In this document: piece by piece, positions 13,001 through 25,000 of the stretch
Layout of the letters: each line of letters begins with the position of its first letter
Position numbering within the stretch: the stretch's first letter is position 1
NCBI GenBank assembly: GCA_965285935.1
Contig: OZ260661.1
Span: 96,472,001-96,536,000, forward strand
Direction: 5' to 3'
Length of the DNA: 64,000 nt
From: Ophelia neglecta
Taxonomy: Eukaryota
Notes under the pieces: generated by a model
Databases searched by the model: none
What the model saw: only the letters and a program-made list of their open reading frames with translations
What the model was told of the DNA's origin: nothing
Position numbers and translations under genes: made by a program

Positions 13001-16000
13001 GTTCTTCGCAGTGGAATATTTTGCTAATATGCCTCAGTATAACTTTGTGTTTGACTTCACTCAGCGAGCTACATATTAAACAGTTTAGAAAAACATGTCA
13101 ACGAGTTTGGCCGTCACTGATTTTGATTAAAAGCGGAGGCTCGGAGCCTAGCGGAGGTAAATCCCGATATTAGAACAGAGCACTAGACCTATTAAACCTG
13201 TCCCTGTCACGTTCCCGAATCCTATAATTAACCCTCCGTCCTTACCCTAGCCTTGCTGACGATTATTTGTTTCATGACACTCAGAAATACCCATGATCTC
13301 TGCTTCCGCATAGCCTCCGCGCGGCCGCGTTTAATAAATTGCATGTTTTCTCGGGTTGCTCATCTGGCAGTATGGCTTCGGCCTCCACATATACATATAC
13401 GTTAATGTTACTCAGATAGATCTGGCTGTGAAAACTATATCTCTGGAACATGTGCTGGGACGGGTCTCTCGAGTGGCGCAATAAAGAATTGGATTATACT
13501 AAACATCCTCAAATTAAACACTGATAAACACTGATAAACAGGTGTACGTGTTTGCACATTAAGTGCTTTTAAAATTTTCGCCTTCGTCCATGAAATATTT
13601 CTTAAAATATAATCCACTTCATAAAAAATCGTATCGTATTTTATCCAATTTTAATCAGCAAATCATTTGTTTATAAATTTATTCTTTGACAACTAATGTC
13701 ACAATAAAAATATTTTAGGTTATAAATCATCCTAATTCTCAATAAAACTTGGAAAATCTTTCCTAACCATTCTATTGCTGAATCTTATTATATAGTCTAT
13801 AGGCCTACACAACAAACGTGGCCAATGTCCGAAATTCTGACCGAGGCAAAAGATTTGGAGTCTGCTCGGAAATCAATTATTAGAGGTTAATTAATACATT
13901 AACCTAGAAGCCAAAGGTCATTATCATATTCCTCCTATTGGTGATATTCACATTTAAATTTGGTGTGTCTACGTTATATCTATCAGCCCGCCAAAAACGT
14001 CCGTTAAAGCTAGGTAAAACGGTAAACAATCCAACGAGCTTCCGTCAAATGACCTTTACAGTCATATTAACATTGCTATAGGCCTATCTCTCCCAGGTTT
14101 CGGAACGTCAAACTTACTGTGTCAAAAAAGTTATTTCTTTGCCATCAAGAGAAATTACGAAAGGAAGACAGAATAATTAGTACGGTCTTTTACAAGACAA
14201 GCTTAATTCGGCGTTTAGCTGGATGCGAGTTTTTTTTTCTTCAAATTAATACTTTAGACAACATATACGCCCCTGTCCTTTTTCGCAAGGGGAACATATG
14301 AACAATCCCGGCAAATTTGTTACAGTTCATTAATGACAAAGTCTATGCCCAATTGTAATATAATCGTCTAGCTGGCGAAAAACAGATACCTACACACAGA
14401 TCTATTGTCATAATGAAAAAATGTACATGTATTATGAAATATATACTAGCCCATGAGATCTTCACAGGGATTGAAGGCATCACCCTCGGGAGTACACGTC
14501 ACATTCTTCGGCCAGTCCACCACCGAACCGTTGATGCCACAATTCTCTGTTATTATATGGGTTCGATTAGTATCCAATGTGGTCTCGTCCCAAGATTCGG
14601 AAGACATCACCTTCACGTCTATTCCCCGCTGCGCAAAACGCCTCCTGGAATTAACAGGGTCCAATTCTCGATGTCCAAAACTGTCAACGTGGTCGTTTGA
14701 CCATTCTGGAATTCCTAGTCCCCACACGGGCTGAGTGCCCCAAGACCCCTGTGAGCCTCTTCGTCTCCGGGGTCTACTGGTCGTGTATGTCAGCTTGCCG
14801 TCCGATGGCATGCTGGTGGGAGTCACATACGGCTGATTATAAACCGTTAGTGGTGGGGGCAATGGGTTTGAACATTGTTGTTTGACATTTGTCTTGAATT
14901 CCTTTAATTCCTGCAATTCATTAATTTACTCAAACTGTTAGGGCTTCTTGGAAGAACCATGCACGCATTGTATTATGATAATGAATTTGAAAGCATATTT
15001 TAGTCCAGACAAGCAAATGCTTGAAAAGACTGACAGCGAAAATACAATGGGTGAAAAATCGTCTAATGAACAATTAATGTTGATGTACAAATTTAATGTG
15101 TTTACTTGAAGTCGATGTTGATACTGTATCTCTGGGAATTGGAAGGCACAGCAGTGATGGTGGTATGTGAGAGAAGCCTTCTTCATAGACGAAAATTCAT
15201 GCACAAGGGGAAAGATTTTCAGTGACCAAATATTTTCCAAAATCAGGTCGATCACTGTATCCAAGCCGGCAGTTGGGAGAGAGTTAATATGACTCTCCGA
15301 CAAATCCCTGGTTGAAAGAAAAAAAACAATGTACCTTATTCTGCATTTTAATAGACCCACAACAATCGTTTTCAGTAAGCGTGGTCTTTAGATCTACAGC
15401 TCCCCCCCCCCCCCTCCCTCCGCAAACGGGCTTTCTATTAGGCCTATGACATAATTACACCCATGGAGTATGCGTACTTATTTTAAGGATTGTAGAGTAA
15501 AGCAAATAACTAATACATGGATAAACCATTTAAGACTTACAAATAATGTAACATTTTCTTCTCCTGAAGGAAAGCAGTTGCAGATAAAGTTTTCAATGCT
15601 GGATTTTTTCCTAATTTTCTATAAACGATTAATAACCACATAAAGATTATATAGAGAAATTAAAGACATATTGACATAAATGTTACAGTGACAAATTTGC
15701 TGGGCATGACATGCTTATTTTAGATGTGCTGCGAATGCAAATGTTAGTAAGCGAGAAGTAATAATTTACAGTGGGTTAACTAGTTTTTATAGATTCAAAT
15801 ATTTGTCACTGACGGGTAACGCCAGGGAAGACACGAGTTATTCACACAAACTATTCCTTACAAGTGGCCAATCTTCATTCGATAAAACGGAGCTTCTTTT
15901 ATTTCTTCTAGATTCTTATTGTTTTCTAACACCAGCGTGCCAATATTCATGTCCACATCCAAACCGTCGAACGACTTATTATTCAACACCTTGAACTTGT

Positions 16001-19000
16001 TTCCACCTAGGTCCCTGTCATGTTGATTCAAATTATTATATTTTATCGCCCTTTAAGCAAATTTTGTAATATTTTTTTAGACCATGCACTAATGCGGGAG
16101 TGACTTTAATAAAGTAATGTTATAAAACGCTAGTAAATAATTCAAAACGTACATGCGTAGAGCATGGCTTCCTCCGATTGAAAACAGGCTCCACCCTGGA
16201 GGCGCCTTGAGGCCACAGTCTTTGATAGCCCTGTGGCGGGGATAAAAATATAACATAATTAAGAGTTGTTATAGTACTATAACAACTCTTAATTTTAAAC
16301 TAGTTTATTCGAGATTTCTGAATATGTGCCTAGAAATAATTCTTACTGGCTTTTGTTGTTATAAGTCGACAAAAACTGTTTTTGCCGTTGCGCAGACGAT
16401 GCACAAACGCAGTGCGCTAACCCCACAAAATAATTTGAGCAGTGCCATATATTTATTACATTAAATCGTTGTTTGGCAACCTGTCATAGAAATGCCAGTA
16501 GGTATTTTGTTTTAAATTTTCTCGACTAGACTATTACACATCCAGCAGTTATGGCACTATTGCATTGCAGCGCAAAATGTGTTATTATGATACATACAGC
16601 TCTTGAAGTCCAGAGAAGCTCCCCAGCGCAAAATTAGGAATGTTTTCTAATAATGGAGATCCTTGGATAGTACTGGAAAAAATAACTTATGTATCATTTA
16701 TATTTCGTAACAGTCGATCAATCTTATTGAATTGAACGATAGGGAAAAATTAACTATAATAAACAATCACAAACTAAGGTGCTTACAAGTGGGATATTTT
16801 GGTGTTTCCTGCAAACTCAAACGCACCTTGCTTGATACTTGTCAATTTGAGATTCATTTTAAACAACCTGAAATAACATTCATTGTTACATTTTATCACA
16901 TTCATGTAGAGCTATCTGCATTATGAATTTGAAAACGTTGGATGCACGGCAACATTATTAATTTAAACGTGGTAAAATGAGAGTTATGGAACTTACAGAC
17001 TCCGTATGTTTTTATATTTGATAAGTTTACTTCCTGGGCTGTACATGTGGAACTCCTCGTAGTAATAATTTTCTGCGGTGAGGTTGACTATGCCAGTTTT
17101 GAGAAAAGTCCTGAAATATTTTAACACAATTAGAATGCCTGCTCTGCACTCTGGTTTTTTACATGTCCCTACCCCATAGAGGTAAATTTTCCGTGTTTGT
17201 TGAAATAAGGTTAAAAATCGAGGGTTTGGGCCCTATTTGTGTTCGTTTTTTACTTGGAATAACATATCGGCTCTGTGGTTTATCTAAGCTTTGAAGTAAA
17301 TCTGTACTGTAAGACGACTCGTCAAGTAGCAATTCCGTTGCCCTGGCTCCCAGTCCCGCTCATCCCCGAACATAGCAAATAAACCATCTAGGTGTGGATT
17401 GAAAACGCGCAGTCGAAGCTCAGCGTCTGAGTAGGCTACGACATGTACAAGGTCATGCGAAGGTCAATCAGTCCCCCTCGATGAGAGAGATGAAGGTTCC
17501 GTATCAGGGAAAGGTGGAAACAATCTGACCTTAAAAATGAGAAAAGGGTCGTCCATCTTCAAACTTATCCTAGTCCTAGTTTATGTGTTGAATAACTGAC
17601 AAAAGTTTGATGGAACTACCTGAAAATACTGCGATACAAATGCGTGTGCAGTGATTAAGGGACATTTTCGTCTGTTTAACAACTCCTCGATCGATTTCGT
17701 GAATCATCTCCCTCAAATTTTAAGTTAATTTATTTTTTATTTCGAAAGGGAAACCCTTCCTCAAAGGCCACCTCTATATTAAAACCACCTGCTTACTAAA
17801 ACCCCGATATTACGACAATAATTTACACTATCAATGTAAAATAAGCTGTCTAAACGGACCACCTCCATTTTGCAGTGGTTTGTCTCAATTCACAGGTATC
17901 ATCGCATACTTTCATGGGTAGTTCTGCACAGAAAAGAGAATTGTGCCTCGTAATCAATTCTGATGTTTTCAGTAATATGCCACTTGGACCGAACGTTATT
18001 CCGATTATCGAACTATTTCTTCCAATATGGATTCATAAGTGTCACCTTATAATTTAGTTATTTTAATCATATTGGTGATTGATGAACTCCGTTATATATG
18101 AAACTAGCTTTCACCACTAAATTTCGTGTCACGAATTCGAAATTAAATTTTAGGACCACGGTCTGCAGAAGAGTCCCGTGAAAGTTATAATCCAAGATAC
18201 CATGTTATTAAATGCCAAAACTAGTCGGACCTCAGGAACGGTCTGTGACCTTGAAAATAGGCCACGGTCGCCCACCTAGTAAATATATTAGTTATTAGTT
18301 GTGTGGTGATATCTGAAATCACTGTGACATGATTGCTAGTACAGTCATTAACGGAATATTTTGTCCGTGACCTTCAAAATAGGCCAAGGTCATCCATCTT
18401 CAAATTCACCCAAGGCCCTGTTGTAGTTAATAACTGACATGACCACTGTTGTGCTATCTCAGATTACCGCGACAAAATCATGCTTGCGTGTACAGTGATT
18501 AACGTATCTTTTTATCTGTGATCTTTAAAAATAGGCAAAGGTCACCATCTTAGAACGCATCTAAGGCCCTGGAGTAGGGAATAACTGACATTTGTTTCGC
18601 AGTGCTTTCGCAAATAACTGCGACACGTTTGCGATTAAAGTGATTAACGGATGTTGCTGCGGAGAATAACTTTGATGAATATAGCTCAAATAATATTGTG
18701 AGTTCAACGTTTCGGACGTATGGACGTAGCAGATACAGACAGAAAAAGAAAGGATGCTCGGGTAGCACTGCAGAGTCCCAGCGTCGCTCGCGACAAGGGA
18801 CCAAATAGTAAAACGCATCAAAGACACGGCATTGCGTGACAAAGTGAATGGCAATAGGTATGCGCAACAGAAGATAGTCCATAGAAGTTAGATTTGCTTC
18901 AATTCTATTGGGCTGCAGAGTTACTACTTTGACCAAAAGCTTTTTGGAATAGAACAAAGCGCACAGGCAGTGTTTTAAAATTCACTGCCGCGGAAGACAA

Positions 19001-22000
19001 TCTCGCCAAAAGCGTCAGGTACAGATCCGGAAACTATGTACTATTAGTAGTCGGTATTCAGCTAATTTCCGCCAGAAAATGTGGCGAGTCGATGTTTCCT
19101 GCCCTTCTATGTTGTTTCGCAGCAAAACAATTCACGTTTGTGGGCAGAGGATAGCATCCAAAAAAAACAGATTGTTTTTTATTTTCATTTTTGCATACTT
19201 CGAGCACAGGTACGCGAGGCGTCTATCCCCTACTACCTATAGATAACTAAAGGTTTGCAACTTCGCTGCTGCAGGGCCCGCAACTTGTCGGTCCAAGCTG
19301 TACTTCGCGATATATTCACTCCAGCAGTGATTTTCGGCAGACAACGCCACTTTCTAGGAAATAAAAGTATCACAAAAGCAACTAATTCGAACGTGTGTTC
19401 TTTTTGGTCCATAATGAAGCTGTCCCTATTAAAAGTAATCATATCCGAGCTACCCATTTATATTTTACCGTGTCTAAGTACGGCTCAAGCCATGGGAGAC
19501 CGTCCATCTTTGTCAACAAGTCGGCGGCACCGGGCTCGACTCTGATGCGGCCGCTGATTGGTCAGACTCGTAACTTTAATATTTTTCCGAAATAAAATAC
19601 TGGTAAATAAACCACTATTTCTTTTCGATGTGTTTGCCGATTCGGAATTTGTGCGCATAAATACAAAAACATAGAATGGGTAAATATTTTATAATAAGCA
19701 TTTTATTACTGATCGCCGCGTATCATGGGATCGAACCGCCATCTTGAATGGAGACCCAACAACAACATTTTACGAACGATTCGGACATTTACCTGTTTAC
19801 TTGTCTACTAATCTCCCTATTGCAAGGTGAAACTGTGTAAATATCAATACCCCCCCCCCCCCCTGTTAGAGATCGTATCAATTGCCTGCCCCCCCCCCCC
19901 CCCCTCCACACACACACACACACAGACATTCTGTCGACCTTCGTGTAATAAGTTGGCCAAAATAGGCTTGATTGATTTGATTAGAATCAATCAAATGAAT
20001 GAATAGGTTAATTGCAAATAGCTAAGAGACATTGTTGCCCCAGTAGACAGTGAAACGTCTGAGTGAAACCTGTGACAAACATTAGGTTAACGAGATTGAC
20101 TTCAACCTAGGTCGACCAATGGGCAATAGGCTATCTATGTACTACGTGGCTGCTGTATGTGGCGGGCCTGCCTGGTTACGCTGAAGATCGATCTTGACAG
20201 GCAAGCAACTTACCATTGATATTTGGCGAAAATTACTGAACGAGTGCCAGAAATGGCTCGAAATGGTATTAAAGTGGACTAAAACACACAAAGGGTTCGC
20301 ATAGATAATCATTGTTTGGAATTTATTGGCAAACATTGTTATGGCAGCCGAGAAACACGACTTAGACGCGATATCGGTGGCCTAATACTTGGACCGACAA
20401 GTTGCTAGTGTAGCGGTGGGGTGTTAACACTGGGCGCACAGCGAAGTTGCAAACCTTTAGTTACTAGCAGTGACCCGGGGGCAACCACGGTGAAAAGGGC
20501 AGCAGTGGATTGAATGGTGGTCAATTCGAAGAGGACAGTTTTCATTTGTTACTATTATAATGCTGGGTTGAGACAAAAAAATAGAAAAGTAAGTTGGTAT
20601 AAAAAAAATTCCATCATAAATGATAGTGCCTATATATTGCCAATGTTGGGAGAGACAAAACAATAAAAGTGCAAACAGATTTGAATGAAACATACATAGC
20701 AAAGGTAGTCTTAAGTTTTATTCCAGTCATCCAGCGAACACCTCTCGAGCAGTTCATTGAAGAATTTCAGGATTCACAACAGTTTTGGTGACTGTTGTCA
20801 TGGTGTCTGATGCATAACCCTGCTTTGTGGTGTTCTCGATTTTTACTTTAATGCGTTGAAATGATTTTGTCTGTGAGAAGGCTATGTATAGTTGTCCATG
20901 TGTGAAAACAGGGTCAGGAAAGTAAATGCCTATTTCTTTGAATGTTTACCCTTGCGCCTTGTTGATCGTTATTAAATAGGCTATCCGAGCAGGGAATAGG
21001 ATGTGTTCTAGGACGATAGTCAAATTCACATCTGATGGGGCGAGTTTAATGCGGGGAATGAGAATCCTCTTCCCTGCCTGTGTGTTCGCCACAACCACTG
21101 TGCCAATTGTGTCGGCATGAAGGTGACGAACAATCTGGCGGGTCCCATTACAAAAGCCCTTTTTAATGTCAAGGCTACGAAGGAGCATTATCAATGCACC
21201 CTTCTTCAGGATCACTTTGTGCTCTGGCATTCCTGACGGAGTGAGACTGTTGAGGAATTCAACTGGGAAATTGTTCTCGTCAGGGTTGTGGGACACAATA
21301 CAGTCAATGCTCAGGTTTTTTTTTTTTTTGCTCCCTGAAAGTTGTTTGAGGATTTCTCTGTTGATGGCCAAGATGGTGTCATTTTTGGGGGTTAGTATTA
21401 TTTGTTTGGAAACATCACCCTCTAATGTTGGGTATACTGCTTGTACCAGGTCCCCCTCGCACAGGCACTCATTAGGAATGTGAATTGAGCAGTCCCCAAA
21501 CGTAGCCCTACAATAATTATATATAAATAGTAACGGTAATGTCCTTATTCCCTCACAATTGAGATAATTTTATTCACACATTTAGTTTTGAATTCCTACA
21601 TTAAATTTCTAATCATATCCCAACCGGTACAATTAAATTTCCGTACACTTTAATTTGAATCACTGCAAACAGTTTTCCTACATTTTAATATCAATAACAA
21701 TTTCTCTGCATTATTCTATCTCTCCAAATAAATCCCCGGATGGCAGCTTTGTCTAAGGTTCAGTAATGAGTCCAGAGGCGTAGGAAGGAAAATCAAAGTG
21801 AGGGGGCCAACTTTACATCAGCAGCATAAAAAGTGGGGGGGGGGGGGCAAAACATATGATGGCCCCCCACTTTTTTAAGTCGGGGGGGGGGGGGGGCGGG
21901 GGCATGCCCCCCTGACTTAAAAAAGTGGGGGGGGGGGGGGGGCATGCCACTGTACATTGATCTTTACGTGCCAAAAAAACATTGAATAAATTCAATTATC

Positions 22001-25000
22001 GGGTGTGTATTGGTTTGTAAATAACCTGCCTACAGGTAACTGTTTGATGATGGTCTAGCCAACTGAGGACAGACGCTCCTAACCACTGCTGCATTACACT
22101 GTGACCATTTTAAGAGGGGAAAAAGTAAGAGGGTCATCATTAAAAAGTGGGTGGGCCAAAACATTTGATGCCCCCCCCCCCCATTTTTTAAGCGCCCCCG
22201 TTTTATTGTCGTTTTCCCTCAAGAAGGACTCACTCATTAAAAAAATATTGACAGCCCTTTGACCCCCTGGCCATATATATTTAACCTTGCAAGGGTATCT
22301 ACAAATGGCTTAGTATTGAGCACTTTTCCCAAGAGGAGAACTCATTCATTAATCAAAAAATGACAGCCCTTTGATCACCAGTAGGCTCTGTTCTGAGGTG
22401 TTGAATATTACATTTCGAATTGGGTCATAGCTAAGACGACTGAATGATTAACTGGCACCAACCTCCCATGTTGTGTATTACTTGCCGTGTTAAAATGAAA
22501 GTAACAATGTAGCATATAAATTTGATTTGACAGGTGTCAACACTTGTAAAGGAACCTGTCATAATAGTTTATTATATCACAGCTAATTCGTCACTTTTCC
22601 TTTAGTCAACATTTGTAAAGAAACCTGTCATAATAGTTTAGTATGTCACAGCTAATTCATGACGTTTCCCGTACTTGTTGCTGTCAATGATATCCCAAAA
22701 CATCAGGCGTTTGCAATAGTTTGTTACCAACACATTACTCTGCCAATAATACCTCAATTTTTGCATATATTCTGCCAGTGCAAGGTGTCCACTGGGCATA
22801 TGTACATAAAGCCATCGCTGTCCTTATATATATACAAACAATAACACGCGTGGGAATGAAAATAGGTCGGGTCAAGCTATAAAGGAATCCAGCGCATTGA
22901 TACGAAGTCAGTGAGCCGTAGACTGGTAAAAAGTAGTACAAACTGTCTATTTTGTCAGAGGGTTTTGGTGATGTCGAAAACATTCTAATAAACAAACAAA
23001 TCGAATCGACTCATGCAGCAAGTATCCGACAATATATTACTCATCAAATCGGCCTCCTTTCCCATGAAATACACAGCTGACTGTGGCGTACGAATATTCA
23101 AAGCTGCGAGTCGTTCGTATCGAGACTGCATGGTCGGGTGTCCACCTTCCCTTCGTAGCAGTGCACACAGCTCTGTTCTCTTCGCCTGTAGCGGTGATGC
23201 GGAGAAGCTAGATGCGATAAGCATTGGCACCTGCTGCGAAGGGTAGTGTCCAACCCAACCGGATAAAATGGCGGCGATCGGCAGACGACAGAGGCGAGCG
23301 AAAAGGCAAACGCGCACGGTTCGAAGGTTTACATCGCACCGAACTGGTCCGAAATAAAAAATTCCACGATTGGAGCGGACAGAAAGGCGTCGCCAAAAGT
23401 TGGGGGCGTACCGTCCGCCAGCGGCCGAGAAAAATCGTAAACAATTGGGTAATATATAATAGATCTATAGGTAGTAGGGGATAGACGCCTCGCGTACCTG
23501 TGACTTCGAGCTGCTGTGCGTTATAGAGAAACAAGTGTTCAAGGGCATAGGCTCATTCGGTTGTAGTTAACTGCTTCCTTTCATTCGCGAAAAAGGCGCC
23601 TTCTTGACTCTTAAATTGCCAACGGTGTCCTAGCAATGCATGGAACAATGCGTTGGGCGGCTACATAATGCATATTGCTATTGTGTTGGGCTAGTTTTAA
23701 CGATTGTTTGAATATAAATAAGAAACTTCAACTTAATTGAGGAGAACGCCTCCTTTGTCTGTAGCTAAGTTTGCTAAGACTTCGAACTGTCTCATATGTT
23801 TCACATTGCGATATATATATATATAGCCCTCCATTGGCAATNNNNNNNNNNNNNNNNNNNNNNNNNNNNNNNNNNNNNNNNNNNNNNNNNNNNNNNNNNN
23901 NNNNNNNNNNNNNNNNNNNNNNNNNNNNNNNNNNNNNNNNNNNNNNNNNNNNNNNNNNNNNNNNNNNNNNNNNNNNNNNNNNNNNNNNNNCAACGGACAA
24001 AAGGGGGCTTTGCCATAAAACAGACGATGAATAGCACTTTGAAACTGGAAATGATATTTATCTATAAAAATGTACAATAAGTAAATGACAACATAAAAAC
24101 TTAACATGAAATACCCAAGCTCGTATTTATATAAAGCCTATCAATTTTTTCTATACTACCGTAGTGCTAACATGGGAATGCGCATATATACAGTTACATA
24201 GATTTGTGCCACGTTTCCTCAAGTTATGGTGGCATTCAGTAAGAATTGAGTTTTGACTTTATTATCTTTACGTCCGTAATTAATCATATTTACACGATCC
24301 AGCTTACCACGTTCAGCTTGCTTTACAAACCCATGGATTGCCGAAACTCTGTGGATTACTTAACGCACCATCTTGCTAAAAATGGTAAGCGACAGTAGCA
24401 TTGCAACTACCAAGCAGGCAAAGACACACTCGACAGGAGTTAATTAGACAAAACCATTCAGGGAAGAGAGTGATTTGTCTCAAGGTAATGGATAGAAGGC
24501 TAACACATGGGATAGATACAACTAATCTTACATCGACCTTGTGTCCAACCATATATATGGACTACATATAGGCAGGCTGATGTTTGTTTCGGATCATTTG
24601 CAGAGAAATGCTAAAACATCGGAATCTATGGGCTTAATATCAGTGTCAGTGGCTGTTTTCACTGCTTTATTATGCCCTTTTATTTATTAACTATTTATTT
24701 TTATGAGACAAATTCATGTCCCTTTGAAAATCAATTATAATACTGGTCTAAACAGCTTACACGCATGTGTCGAAACACGAGATGCAGTTTTAATACCAAA
24801 CTATAAGGCATATTAAGATGGTTAATGTAAGTTTACGCAAGTGCAAAGTGGAAAATAATTAAAATGCAAAACCTATAATGCAAAAGATATAATTCAAAAG
24901 GTATGATTGTAATGCCATCGGACTTGAGAGCGAAACATTTACTAGGTGTAGTTACTGCTGAGTGTAAACAGTCACCCGGATGTAGTATTATGACACTAAC

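Larger units (their letters stand above)
19205..23502. mobile_element. 4.3-kb non-autonomous TIR DNA transposon with an 8-bp TSD (P- or hAT-like)
   Basis: Perfect 40-bp TIRs CACAGGTACGCGAGGCGTCTATCCCCTACTACCTATAGAT at 19205-19244 and (reverse complement) 23463-23502. Exact direct repeat ACTTCGAG at 19197-19204 and 23503-23510. No transposase ORF was recognised. Confidence 0.9.

Noticed and set aside
13281-13481. Possible extra receptor exon inside intron 9
   Set aside because: It lacks a good acceptor and any family similarity, and the motif CEDLMG-KETLR is already contiguous without it.
22659-23534. Short ORFs inside the 4.3-kb TIR element as a transposase or THAP domain
   Set aside because: No THAP C2CH pattern or DDE motifs are recognisable in any listed frame.
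23728-24107. ORFs spanning the N run
   Set aside because: Artefacts of translating through the assembly gap.
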